Assembly (NCBI GenBank): GCA_951406725.2
Contig: OX597842.1
Location: forward strand, 28,210,001 to 28,274,000
Length of the DNA stretch: 64,000 nucleotides
From: Octopus vulgaris
Taxonomy: Eukaryota
Direction: 5' to 3'
The notes beneath the pieces are model-generated. The model worked only from the letters and a program-made list of their open reading frames with translations. It did no database searches and had not been told where the DNA came from. Shown here one piece after another: positions 11,859-21,804 of this stretch. Positions within the stretch are counted from its first letter, which is position 1. The number at the start of each line of letters is the position of its first letter. Made by a program: the position numbers and the translations under genes.

Positions 11859-14800
11859 TCAGCGGCACGGGGGCAACGAGGTCCGGGGTACTTTGGGGAT
11901 CGGGGTATTTTGGGGATCCAGGGTACTTTGGGGATCCGGGGTACTTTGGGGATCCGGGGTACTTAGAATGGGTAGGGGGTATGTGGAATTGCTGCAGAAA
12001 GCAGCCCGGGTCTTTGTAGTCACAGCATATCTCCAGAGATCTCGGTCCTTCGCCATTGCCTCAGTGAGGCCCAATGCTCTGAGGTCATGCTTGACCACCT
12101 CATCCCATGTCTTCCTGGGTCTACCTCTCCCCCTGATACCTTCAACTGTTTGGGAGTGGCACTTCTTCACACATCTCTCTTCATCCATCCGCAGCACATG
12201 ACCATACCATCGCAAGCGTCGCTCTTGCACACCACATCTGATGCTTCTTATATCCAGCATTTCTCTCAGGATACTTACACTCTGTTTTGCGTGCACACTG
12301 ACACTACACATCCAGCGGATCATGCTAGCTTCATTTCTTTCAAGTCTACGCATGTCTTCTGCAGTCACAGCCCATGTTTCATTACCGTGAAGCATGGCAG
12401 TTCGCACACATGCATCATACAATCTACCTTTTGCTCTGAGGGAGAGGCCTTTTGTTGCCAGTAGGGGTAGGAGCTTTCTGAACTTTGCCCAGGCTATTCG
12501 TATTCTAGTGGTGATACTCTCTGTGCATCCACCTCCGCTACTAACTTGGTCTCCCAGGTAGCGGAAACTATCAACTACTTCTAGTTTCTCTCCCTGGAGT
12601 GTGATGGAATCTGTTTTCTGAGTGTCTGTTGTGTCTATTGTCCCTGTGCATCTGCCGCACATGAAAGCTATCTTATCTGTTAATTTCCCTTTAATGTTGC
12701 TGCACCTCTTATGTGTCCATAACTTACATTGGGTGCATCTTATGGAGTTTCTACCTGTACCTTTCCTACAGGTTGAGCAGGGCCACCTACCCGAGGGGAT
12801 GTGTGTTGAGTACCTCTTGCTGCTTACTAATACTTTGGTCTTTGCTACATTTATTCTAAGGCCCTTTGATTCCAACCCTTGCTTCCATACCCGAAATTTC
12901 TCTTCTAGTTCCGGTAGTGATTCTGCTATGAGAGCTAGGTCATCGGCATAGAGGAGCTCCCAGGGGCATCCCGTTTTGAATTCCTCTGTTATTGCCTGAA
13001 GGACTATGATGAACAAAAGGGGACTGAGGGCTGAGCCCTGGTGCACACCTACTTCTACTCGGAATTCTTCACTATATTCGTTGCCAATCCTAACCTTGCT
13101 AACAGCCTCTCTGTATAGAGCCTGTACAGCCCTTATTAGCCATTCTTCAATCTCCAGTTTCCGCATCGACCACCAGATAAGGGAACGGGGAACCCTGTCA
13201 AAGGCTTTCTCCAAGTCTACAAAAGCTATGTAGAGGGGTTTATCTTTAGCTAGGTACTTCTCCTGCAGTTGTCGGACCAGGAATATAGCATCAGTGGTGC
13301 TTCTACCTGGTACAAAACCGAACTGCATTTCATCTAAACAAATTCTCTCCCTAATGAGATTGGTTATGACCTTCTCTGAGACCTTCATCACCTGGTCCAA
13401 CAGTTTGATACCTCTGTAGTTATTTCTATCTAGAGCATCACCCTTACCCTTGTAGCAGTTGACTATGGTACTGCTGCACCAGTCATTGGGTATGGCTCCA
13501 TTGTGAACTACCTGGTTTACAATGCGGGTGACTATGGCATGGCCCACATAGCCAGCTGTTTTAAGCATCTCAGCAGTGATTCCTGATAGGCCAGGGGCTT
13601 TGCCTGGTTTCATATCCTTAATTGCCTTATCTACAAGGGAGCTGTCTATTCGGGTAGCTGGTCCCTCTACTGGGTCAACATTTGGCAGGCTCTCCTCCTC
13701 CCATTCATTCTCCTCATTTAGCAGTCTTTCATAATGGCTTCTCCAAGCCTCTTTCTTTTCACTAGTAGTAAAAGCAAGTGCCCCATCATCCATGCGGACA
13801 CATTTCTCTCCTATAACATCGCTATTTTCTCTGACACACTGTCTGGCAATCCGAAATACTTCAGCTCTTTGATCCTCGCGACGCTGGACATTGGCAAACT
13901 TCTTCTTTTCTGCTACATCTTTGGCAATGTATACCTGCCGCCCAGCCTCCCTTTTGGCTATCTGGTACAGTTCCCTGCTGCCCCCATCCTTCCAGGCTTT
14001 CCAGGCCCGTCTCTTTTCACAGATGGCTTTATCTACTGCACTATTCCACCACCACGTAATTCTAGGTCTGGAAGGGACTTTGCACCATCCACAAACTTGG
14101 TCTGTGGCACTCAACAAGCTGTCCCGTAGGAATTCCCAGCTACCTTCTATGTCTGACGTCTGAAGCTCCTCTTCCCTCTCATCAAATTTCTTGATGAGTA
14201 TGTCCCTAAATTTCTGACCATGCGAAGGGTTCTTTAGCCTCCAAATCCTTCTTTTCTGGATTGGTTTGTTTCTTGGAGTCCTTCTGGCCTCAAGCTTAAA
14301 GTCACTGATGATTAGTCTATGCTGAGGGATACATTCTTCACCCGGGAGGGTCTTTGTATTCAAGAGCAACCCTGCATCCCGTTGTCTGGTGAGGATGAAG
14401 TCTATTTGGCTAGCGGAGTCTCCTGACTGATAAGTTATAAGGTGGCAGACTGGCTTCTTGAAGTTAGTGTTGCAGATTGAAAGGTTACATGCATCACAGA
14501 ATTCCAGTAGTCTAGTTCCCTCATCATTTCTGGTGCCAATACCATAGCCACCATGTACTCCAGTGAAGATACCCGATTCCCGCCCAACATGCCCGTTAAA
14601 ATCTCCACCTACAAAGATGAGGTCCTTGTTACTAGTCTTTGAAGTAGCCTGCAGAAGGGTATCATAAAAGTTGTCCTTCTGATCATTTGGTAGTCCCGCT
14701 TGTGGGGCATAGGCTGAGATAATCATAGCTGTGCCACTCTGTAGGACCAACCTGAGCTTAAGCACTCTATCACAAACCCTGACAACCTCTATGACCTTAT

Positions 14801-14996
14801 CCACCCATTCCTCCGCAAGGAGAATGCCTACACCCCCTACACCTTCCGCGTTACCTTGCCAGTAGAGTTTGTATCTAAGTGCCTTGCCCGTGAGGACCCT
14901 AGCCGAAGCATCTCTCCATCTTACCTCTTGTATGCAGCATACATCAACCTGTCTTCTCTCTAGCATCTCTACAATCTCACTAGACTTGCCTGTCAA
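11859..14996 (-). CDS. RTE LINE ORF: APE endonuclease, reverse transcriptase and a PHD-like zinc finger
   Basis: Motifs CIQE, GDFNGH, SQIDFI, QFGF, FVDLEKAFD, GVHQGSALSP, LYADD, CSTC..CTQC..HKRC..CGRC, RLRWYGHV, GRGRPRKTW. The frame extends upstream (FRVGTINVGTLTG). Confidence 0.93.
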   Translation of the reverse strand: MTGKSSEIVEMLERRQVDVCCIQEVRWRDASARVLTGKALRYKLYWQGNAEGVGGVGILLAEEWVDKVIEVVRVCDRVLKLRLVLQSGTAMIISAYAPQAGLPNDQKDNFYDTLLQATSKTSNKDLIFVGGDFNGHVGRESGIFTGVHGGYGIGTRNDEGTRLLEFCDACNLSICNTNFKKPVCHLITYQSGDSASQIDFILTRQRDAGLLLNTKTLPGEECIPQHRLIISDFKLEARRTPRNKPIQKRRIWRLKNPSHGQKFRDILIKKFDEREEELQTSDIEGSWEFLRDSLLSATDQVCGWCKVPSRPRITWWWNSAVDKAICEKRRAWKAWKDGGSRELYQIAKREAGRQVYIAKDVAEKKKFANVQRREDQRAEVFRIARQCVRENSDVIGEKCVRMDDGALAFTTSEKKEAWRSHYERLLNEENEWEEESLPNVDPVEGPATRIDSSLVDKAIKDMKPGKAPGLSGITAEMLKTAGYVGHAIVTRIVNQVVHNGAIPNDWCSSTIVNCYKGKGDALDRNNYRGIKLLDQVMKVSEKVITNLIRERICLDEMQFGFVPGRSTTDAIFLVRQLQEKYLAKDKPLYIAFVDLEKAFDRVPRSLIWWSMRKLEIEEWLIRAVQALYREAVSKVRIGNEYSEEFRVEVGVHQGSALSPLLFIIVLQAITEEFKTGCPWELLYADDLALIAESLPELEEKFRVWKQGLESKGLRINVAKTKVLVSSKRYSTHIPSGRWPCSTCRKGTGRNSIRCTQCKLWTHKRCSNIKGKLTDKIAFMCGRCTGTIDTTDTQKTDSITLQGEKLEVVDSFRYLGDQVSSGGGCTESITTRIRIAWAKFRKLLPLLATKGLSLRAKGRLYDACVRTAMLHGNETWAVTAEDMRRLERNEASMIRWMCSVSVHAKQSVSILREMLDIRSIRCGVQERRLRWYGHVLRMDEERCVKKCHSQTVEGIRGRGRPRKTWDEVVKHDLRALGLTEAMAKDRDLWRYAVTTKTRAAFCSNSTYPLPILSTPDPQSTPDPQSTLDPQNTPIPKVPRTSLPPCR

Positions 14997-15678
14997 TGTA
15001 CCAACATTGATAGTGCCAACTCTGAAAACTGGGAAGGAGATGTGGGGGGGACAGGGGGATTCGGCGCCTGAGAAGAGGAGGGTTGTAGTGGTGGTGATAG
15101 TTTTCGTGGTATTTTTCTTTTGATCTCTCTTCCAACCTGACCACGCCGTGGGCAGGAGCTGGTGTTAGCAGTGGACATTTGTTATCGTCACTGAGTAACG
15201 TAATTAGGTAGAGGAAAGAAATACAGATATTCTAGAGTTGAGTTGGGGAGGGGGGTCCAGTTGAGGCGGGTAATATAGGGGAGCAACCAGTGGGGAAGGT
15301 TGGGGTAAGGAGGAACGATGGCAGGAAGAGTTGGTGTAGGTTCCTAAGAAATAAAAACGTAGGATATTACGAGGCGAGAGGGTACTAAAAGGGGATGGTC
15401 GGATTGAGGCAGTGTCAGGAGGAAGCGTAAGATCGGTGGGCAGTTGATGAGCTATGGCGCTAGCAGCTTGTCTTAAGCATATGAGGAGAAGGGGTAGTGG
15501 GGGGAGGAGGAGGGAGTAGGGCGTACCCAGTGTAGATGAGTAAGGCGTATCCGGTGTAGATGGTGAGAACGGGGTATACTGGTATTGGTGGTGGGGGGTG
15601 AGAACAGTGTTCACCGGTATTGGTGGTGGGGGTGAGAACAGTGTTCAACGGTATTGGTGGGGGGGCGGGCGCACCGCC

Positions 15679-17605
15679 AATGGCTGAAAGATGGGAAAAG
15701 ATGGGATTACGGCTTGAGGCAGCCTACGGTTAAATTTTGTAGAGAGAGAGATAGGAAAGATAAATCAAGTTATGGCGAAGGCTTGAAAGTAGCCTAAAAG
15801 GTTAAATTTTCGTAACTGTGTATGAATAAACTGAATGGCTGAAAGATGGGAAAAGATGGGATTACGGCTTGAGGCAGCCTACGGTTAAATTTTGTAGAGA
15901 GAGAGATAGGAAAGATAAATCAAGTTATGGCGAAGGCTTGAAAGTAGCCTAAAAGGTTAAATTTTCGTAACAGTGTATGAATAAACGTAGTAACAACGAA
16001 TAAAAAAATAGTAAGATAAATTTTTAAGAACTTGCTGCGGTCATCGAGCGGGAGTTGAAATTGAAGAAGAAAGTAAGTTGAACTGGGAATTTAAATTGCA
16101 GAATCGTAATGGTAATGGCGAAGAAGAAGAAGAGGAGGAAAAAGACCGCCAATGGCTGAAAGATGGGAAAAGATGGGATTACGGCTTGAGGCAGCCTACG
16201 GTTAAATTTTGTAGAGAGAGAGATAGGAAAGATAAATCAAGTTATGGCGAAGGCTTGAAAGTAGCCTAAAAGGTTAAATTTTCGTAACAGTGTATGAATA
16301 AACTGAATGGCTGAAAGATGGGAAAAGATGGGATTACGGCTTGAGGCAGCCTACGGTTAAATTTTGTAGAGAGAGAGAGATAGGAAAGATAAATCAAGTT
16401 ATGGCGAAGGCTTGAAAGTAGCCTAAAAAGGTTAAATTTTCGTAACAGTGTATGAATAAACTGAATGGCTGAAAGATGGGAAAAGATGGGATTACGGCTT
16501 GAGGCAGCCTACGGTTAAATTTTGTAGAGAGAGAGATAGGAAAGATAAATCAAGTTATGGCGAAGGCTTGAAAGTAGCCTAAAAGGTTAAATTTTCGTAA
16601 CAGTGTATGAATAAACTGAATGGCTGAAAGATGGGAAAAGATGGGATTACGGCTTGAGGCAGCCTACGGTTAAATTTTGTAGAGAGAGAGATAGGAAAGA
16701 TAAATCAAGTTATGGCGAAGGCTTGAAAGTAGCCTAAAAGGTTAAATTTTCGTAACAGTGTATGAATAAACGTAGTAACAACGAATAAAAAAATAGTAAG
16801 ATAAATTTTTAAGAACTTGCTGCGGTCATCGAGCGGGAGTTGAAATTGAAGAAGAAAGTAAGTTGAACTGGGAATTTAAATTGCAGAATCGTAATGGTAA
16901 TGGCGATTTTCAAGTTTTAGCATAAGAAGAAGAAGAGGAGGAAAAAGACCGCCAATGGCTGAAAGATGGGAAAAGATGGGATTACGGCTTGAGGCAGCCT
17001 ACGGTTAAATTTTGTAGAGAGAGAGATAGGAAAGATAAATCAAGTTATGGCGAAGGCTTGAAAGTAGCCTAAAAGGTTAAATTTTCGTAACAGTGTATGA
17101 ATAAACTGAATGGCTGAAAGATGGGAAAAGATGGGATTACGGCTTGAGGCAGCCTACGGTTAAATTTTGTAGAGAGAGAGATAGGAAAGATAAATCAAGT
17201 TATGGCGAAGGCTTGAAAGTAGCCTAAAAGGTTAAATTTTCGTAACAGTGTATGAATAAACTGAATGGCTGAAAGATGGGAAAAGATGGGATTACGGCTT
17301 GAGGCAGCCTACGGTTAAATTTTGTAGAGAGAGAGATAGGAAAGATAAATCAAGTTATGGCGAAGGCTTGAAAGTAGCCTAAAAGGTTAAATTTTCGTAA
17401 CAGTGTATGAATAAACGTAGTAACAACGAATAAAAAAATAGTAAGATAAATTTTTAAGAACTTGCTGCGGTCATCGAGCGGGAGTTGAAATTGAAGAAGA
17501 AAGTAAGTTGAACTGGGAATTTAAATTGCAGAATCGTAATGGTAATGGCGATTTTCAAGTTTTAGCATAAGAAGAAGAAGAGGAGGAAAAAGACCGCCAA
17601 TGGCT
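15679..17605 (-). repeat. Tandem 155-bp monomers with interleaved ~170-185-bp units at the 5' end of the RTE
   Basis: Nine near-identical aatggctgaaagatggg... units, arranged AAB-AAAAB-AAAB on the + strand. Confidence 0.9.
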
Positions 17606-17645
17606 ATATATATATATACACACACACACATATATATATATATAT

Positions 17646-17788
<143 letters not shown>

Positions 17789-17817
17789 CACACACACACA
17801 TATATATATATATACAC

Positions 17818-17850
<33 letters not shown>

Positions 17851-17870
17851 CATATATATAAATATATATA

Positions 17871-17913
<43 letters not shown>

Positions 17914-17933
17914 TATATATAAATATATATATA

Positions 17934-17986
17934 GAGCTTCCTGAAGATTTCTCTTGAATGAAACAGTTCTAGTCCTGTAGAAGCTC
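17934..17986 (+). ncRNA. Type I hammerhead ribozyme motif
   Basis: GAGCUUC-CUGAAGA-uuuc ucuu gaau-GAAA-CAG...CUG-UA-GAAGCUC. Perfect 7-bp stem I, ACAG/CUGU stem III, GUA cleavage site after 17979. Stem II closes with a U-U mismatch. Confidence 0.65.
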
Positions 17987-18005
17987 CTTCTATATAATAA
18001 ATTAA

Positions 18006-18058
<53 letters not shown>

Positions 18059-18119
18059 TATATATATATACATATATATATATATATGCACGCGTATATA
18101 TATATACATATATATACAT

Positions 18120-19265
18120 ATAGGCCTCTCGCTCAGAGTAAAAGGCAGACTGTATGATGCATGTGTACGAACAGCTATACTACATGATAGTGAAACATGG
18201 GCCGTGACTGCTGAGGACATGCGTAAGCTCGTGAGGAACGAAGCCAGTATGCTCCGATGGATGTGTAATGTCAGTGTACTTACTCGACAGAGCGTTAGTA
18301 CCTTGAGAGAAATGTTGTACCTAAGAAGCATCAGTTGTTGTGTGCAAGAGAGACGATTGCGCTGGTATGGTCATGTGGCGAGAATGGATGAAGATAGGTG
18401 TGTGAGAAAGTGCCAATCCCTAGCAGTTGAGGGAACCCGTGGAAGAGGTAGACCCAGGAAAACCTGGGACGAGGTGGTGAAGCACGACCTTCGGACGTTA
18501 GGTCTCACCATGGAAATGACTAAAGACCGAGACCTATGGAAGTATGCTGTGCGTGAGAAGACCCGGCAAGACTAGTGAAGCCATAATCCGTGGCCCCTAC
18601 CTGGGACGTAGTCAGTCCACCTGTGCATACCTTCCTTCTTGTGACACTTGTGAAGACCTGTTGAGGCAAGTGAGAATCGAATCGTATCGATTCAAATCGA
18701 ACCAAATCAAAATAGATGAACATCAATGGAATTTGTATCCTTGTGGTACCAGTGCCGGTGGCACATAAGAAAACCATCCGAACGTGACCGTAGCCAGTAC
18801 CGCAATGACTGGCCTCCGTGCTGAGGGCACGTAACAAACACCATCCGAGCGTGGCCGTCCGCCAGCCTCGTCTGGCACCTGTGTCTGTGACACATAAGAA
18901 AACACCATCCGAGCGTGGCCGTCTGCCAGCCTCGTCTGGCACCTGTATCGGTGGCACATAAAAAACAAAATCCGAGCGTGGCCGTGTGCCAGCCTCGTCT
19001 GGCATATGTGTCGGTGGCACATAAAAAACACCATCCGAGCGTGGCCGTCTGCCAGCCTCGTCTGGCACCTGTGTCGGTGGCACATAAAATCACCCACTAC
19101 ACTCTCGGAGTGGTTGGCGTTAGGAAGGGCATCCAGCTGTAGAAACACTGCCACATCTGACTGGCCTGGTGCAGCCTTCGGGCTTCCCAGACCCCAGTTG
19201 AACCGTCCAACCCATGCTAGCATGGAAAGCGGACGTTAAACGATGATGATGATGATGATGATGAT
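18120..19265 (+). mobile_element. 5'-truncated RTE LINE (3' ORF end, 3'UTR with ~60-bp repeats, (GAT)n tail)
   Basis: ORF 18204-18575 is homologous to the C-terminus of the 11859 ORF. Tail ggacgttaaacgatgatgat. Confidence 0.9.
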
Positions 19266-19358
19266 ATAGGCTTCGAATGTCCCATCTGTGTTTTTTGTAT
19301 CGTCTTCTAAATGTTTTGCATTCTTGTCCCAGTTTGTATTTTTATATATATATATATA

Positions 19359-19790
19359 CATCATCATCATCATCATCATCATTTAGCGTCCGTTCTCCAT
19401 GCTAGCATGGGTTGGACGGTTCAACTGGGGTCTGTGAAGCTGGAAGGCTTCATCAGGCCCAGTCAGATCTGGCAGTGTTTCTATGGCTGGATGCCCTTCC
19501 TAACGCCAACCACTCCGTGAGTGTAGTGGGTGCTTTTTACGTGCCACCTGCACAGGTGCCAGACAGAGCTGGCAAACGGCCACGAACGGATGGTGCTTTT
19601 ACGTGTCACCGGCACGGGGGCCAGGCGGGGCTGGCAACGGACACGAACGGATAGTGCTTTTACATGTCACCGACATGGGGGCCAGACAGAGCTGGCAAAC
19701 GGCCACGAAACGGATGGTGCTTTTACGTGTCACCGGCACGGGGGCCAGACAGAGCTGGCAAACGGCCACGAACGGATGGTGCTTTTACAT
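19359..19790 (-). mobile_element. RTE 3'UTR-only fragment
   Basis: (ATC)n tail followed by catgctagcatgggttggacgg and about 4 copies of the 60-bp 3'UTR repeat. Confidence 0.85.
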
Positions 19791-20126
19791 ATATATATAT
19801 ATATATATAAGTAAATACAATGTCTTGTTGTTGAGATAGGTTCTCTTTCTTTCCTGATGAGAAGATTGCATTATTTTACACCGTTTATTCCTTTGGAATA
19901 AAACCAATGTTGTCTTTGAAACATATGTCGAATATAAAACAATTTGAATAATATCTGCATTCAACTCCATTTATTTACTTATACTACACAAATTACTGCA
20001 CATTAACCCGGAGTTTCTACCTTTGAATAGGTCGCTACATCCTTGTTACTTGCGTGAATGTTGCTACCCTGGAAACCGTTTATTGAATTTTCCATGTTAA
20101 CGTAGACAAAGAATAATTCATTCATC

Positions 20127-20184
<58 letters not shown>

Positions 20185-20208
20185 TTGTATGTTATGTATC
20201 TATATATG

Positions 20209-20264
<56 letters not shown>

Positions 20265-20744
20265 ATGTGTGTGTGTGATAGGATGTGCTCCTTGCATGAC
20301 ACTGTTCCATCCAAATTTTCACACTTGAGGTTAATCAGTTTAAATTCCTTCCATTTTGAATTCAAACAGGATCCTGTACAATCAGCGGAGGGCTGTAATA
20401 ATATAAAAAGCACATCATTAACGAAAGAAACAAGCAGGGGCTTGAACCTGGCCCTCCTTCATTTCATGTTACACCTGTTTCAGTATTTGGTAACACATCG
20501 TTGTGTCACACAATAGCTGCAATTGGTAGATGCACCTCATAAGGGCAGCATGCATAAGGAAATACATGCAGTAACCAAAACGAAATAATTGAGAGGTACA
20601 TGGCTTGAAGGGAAGGGAGATCAGGAGAAGGTAGAGTGGGAACACAACCCCCAGAAACACAATTGTGGACTGGTGTTGATGAGAATGGGGGTTAAGAATT
20701 GACCAGAGTTTGGAGATATAGGCTGTGCTTACATGCCCCCTTAA

Positions 20745-20966
20745 CCCTTTCGTTACTGCATTTATTTTGAGATGCTCTGTGTTTCTTTCAATTACTTTAA
20801 ATATAACAAAGAATTTAGTAAAATAACTTAGTTATCATTAAGCTAGTGTTAGGAACATAAATTGTGACTAAGGTTTCGTGGAAGATTTTAATTGAAAACT
20901 TTTGGAAACAAGATATTTGTACTACAGAGCCCAGAAGCAGTTTCAGCCAGGCTGGTACCAAAAGGG
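20745..20966. mobile_element. piggyBac-like MITE, copy 1
   Basis: TTAA|CCCTTT...AAAGGG|TTAA termini. Confidence 0.75.
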
Positions 20967-20997
20967 TTAAGAATTGTTTCTCTATTATATATTTTAA

Positions 20998-21219
20998 CCC
21001 TTTTGTTACCATATTTCTGTTGAGATGCTCTGTGTTTCTTTCAATTAATTTTAAATATAACAAAGAATTTAGTAAAATAACTTAGTCATCATTAAGCTAG
21101 TGTTAGGAACATATATTGTGACTAAGGTTTGGTGGAGGATTTTAATTCAAAACTTATGGAAACAAGACATTTTACCACAGAGCCCAGAAGCAGCTTCAGC
21201 CGGGTTAGTATCAACAGGG
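20998..21219. mobile_element. piggyBac-like MITE, copy 2
   Basis: TTAA|CCC...GGG|TTAA termini; similar to the adjacent copy at 20745-20966. Confidence 0.75.
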
Positions 21220-21439
21220 TTAAGAGAGGGGAGACAGGCGGGTAAGTAGATAACATATCAGGTGACCAGTAAGAGATTCTGGGTGCAATAATCAAGCAAA
21301 ATTGGGGTTTGTGGTAGCACCATTGATAGATGCGTCCAATTACATACAAACCTGCGGATACGCATTAACACATTAATATGCTTGCTTCCCCAGCCACTCA
21401 TGCGCAGAGAATTTGTGGGTTGGTGGGGGTGGGGCGGGG

Positions 21440-21645
21440 AATGAGTAGGAGGATTCCTTGAGCAAGAACCTTTATTTCACGTTGCTCCAGTCTACTCAGC
21501 GAAAATGAGTTGTGTCTGTATTTCAAAGGGTCAGCCTTGTCACACTCTGTGTCATGCTGAATCTCCCTGAGAACTACATTAGGGGTACACGCGTCTGTGG
21601 TGTACTCAGCCATTTGCATGTTAATTTCACAAATGAGCTGTTCCG
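21440..21645 (+). mobile_element. Old SINE (Deu/Nin-domain-like); related piece at about 52380-52495 on the - strand
   Basis: aatctccctgagaactacattaggggtacacgcgtctgtgg...ctcagccatttgcatgttaatttcac recurs inverted at about 52390-52470. Confidence 0.5.
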
Positions 21646-21720
21646 TCTTCTTTAAATTGCTCTTTACCTCATTTTATAAGTTTTTAAAAACTATCTTACT
21701 TTCCTTTTTATTCAAAAGAC

Positions 21721-21804
21721 ATGGATGTAAATAAGATTATAAGCAACATTCTGGATGGGGACTTTGAAGATGTTGAACGACTTATCAAAGAAAATCCTGA
21801 TCAA
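21721..21804 (+). CDS. Gene B coding exon 1 (N-terminal ankyrin cap)
   Basis: Polypyrimidine tract, aaag|acATG start, MDVNKIISNILDGDFEDVERLIKENPDQ, gtaagt donor. Phase 0 matches the next exon. Confidence 0.75.

Larger units (their letters stand above)
11609..17605 (-). mobile_element. Full-length RTE-clade LINE inserted in a (TA)n microsatellite
   Basis: Single APE-RT ORF, (GAT)n 3' tail at 11609-11633, tandem 5' array at 15679-17605, TA-rich microsatellite on both sides. Confidence 0.9.

Noticed and set aside
19985-20110. Possible promoter with NF-kB-like motifs (ggagtttct, gaattttcc) upstream of gene B
   Set aside because: The motifs are short and degenerate, expected by chance in AT-rich DNA, and the transcription start is unknown.
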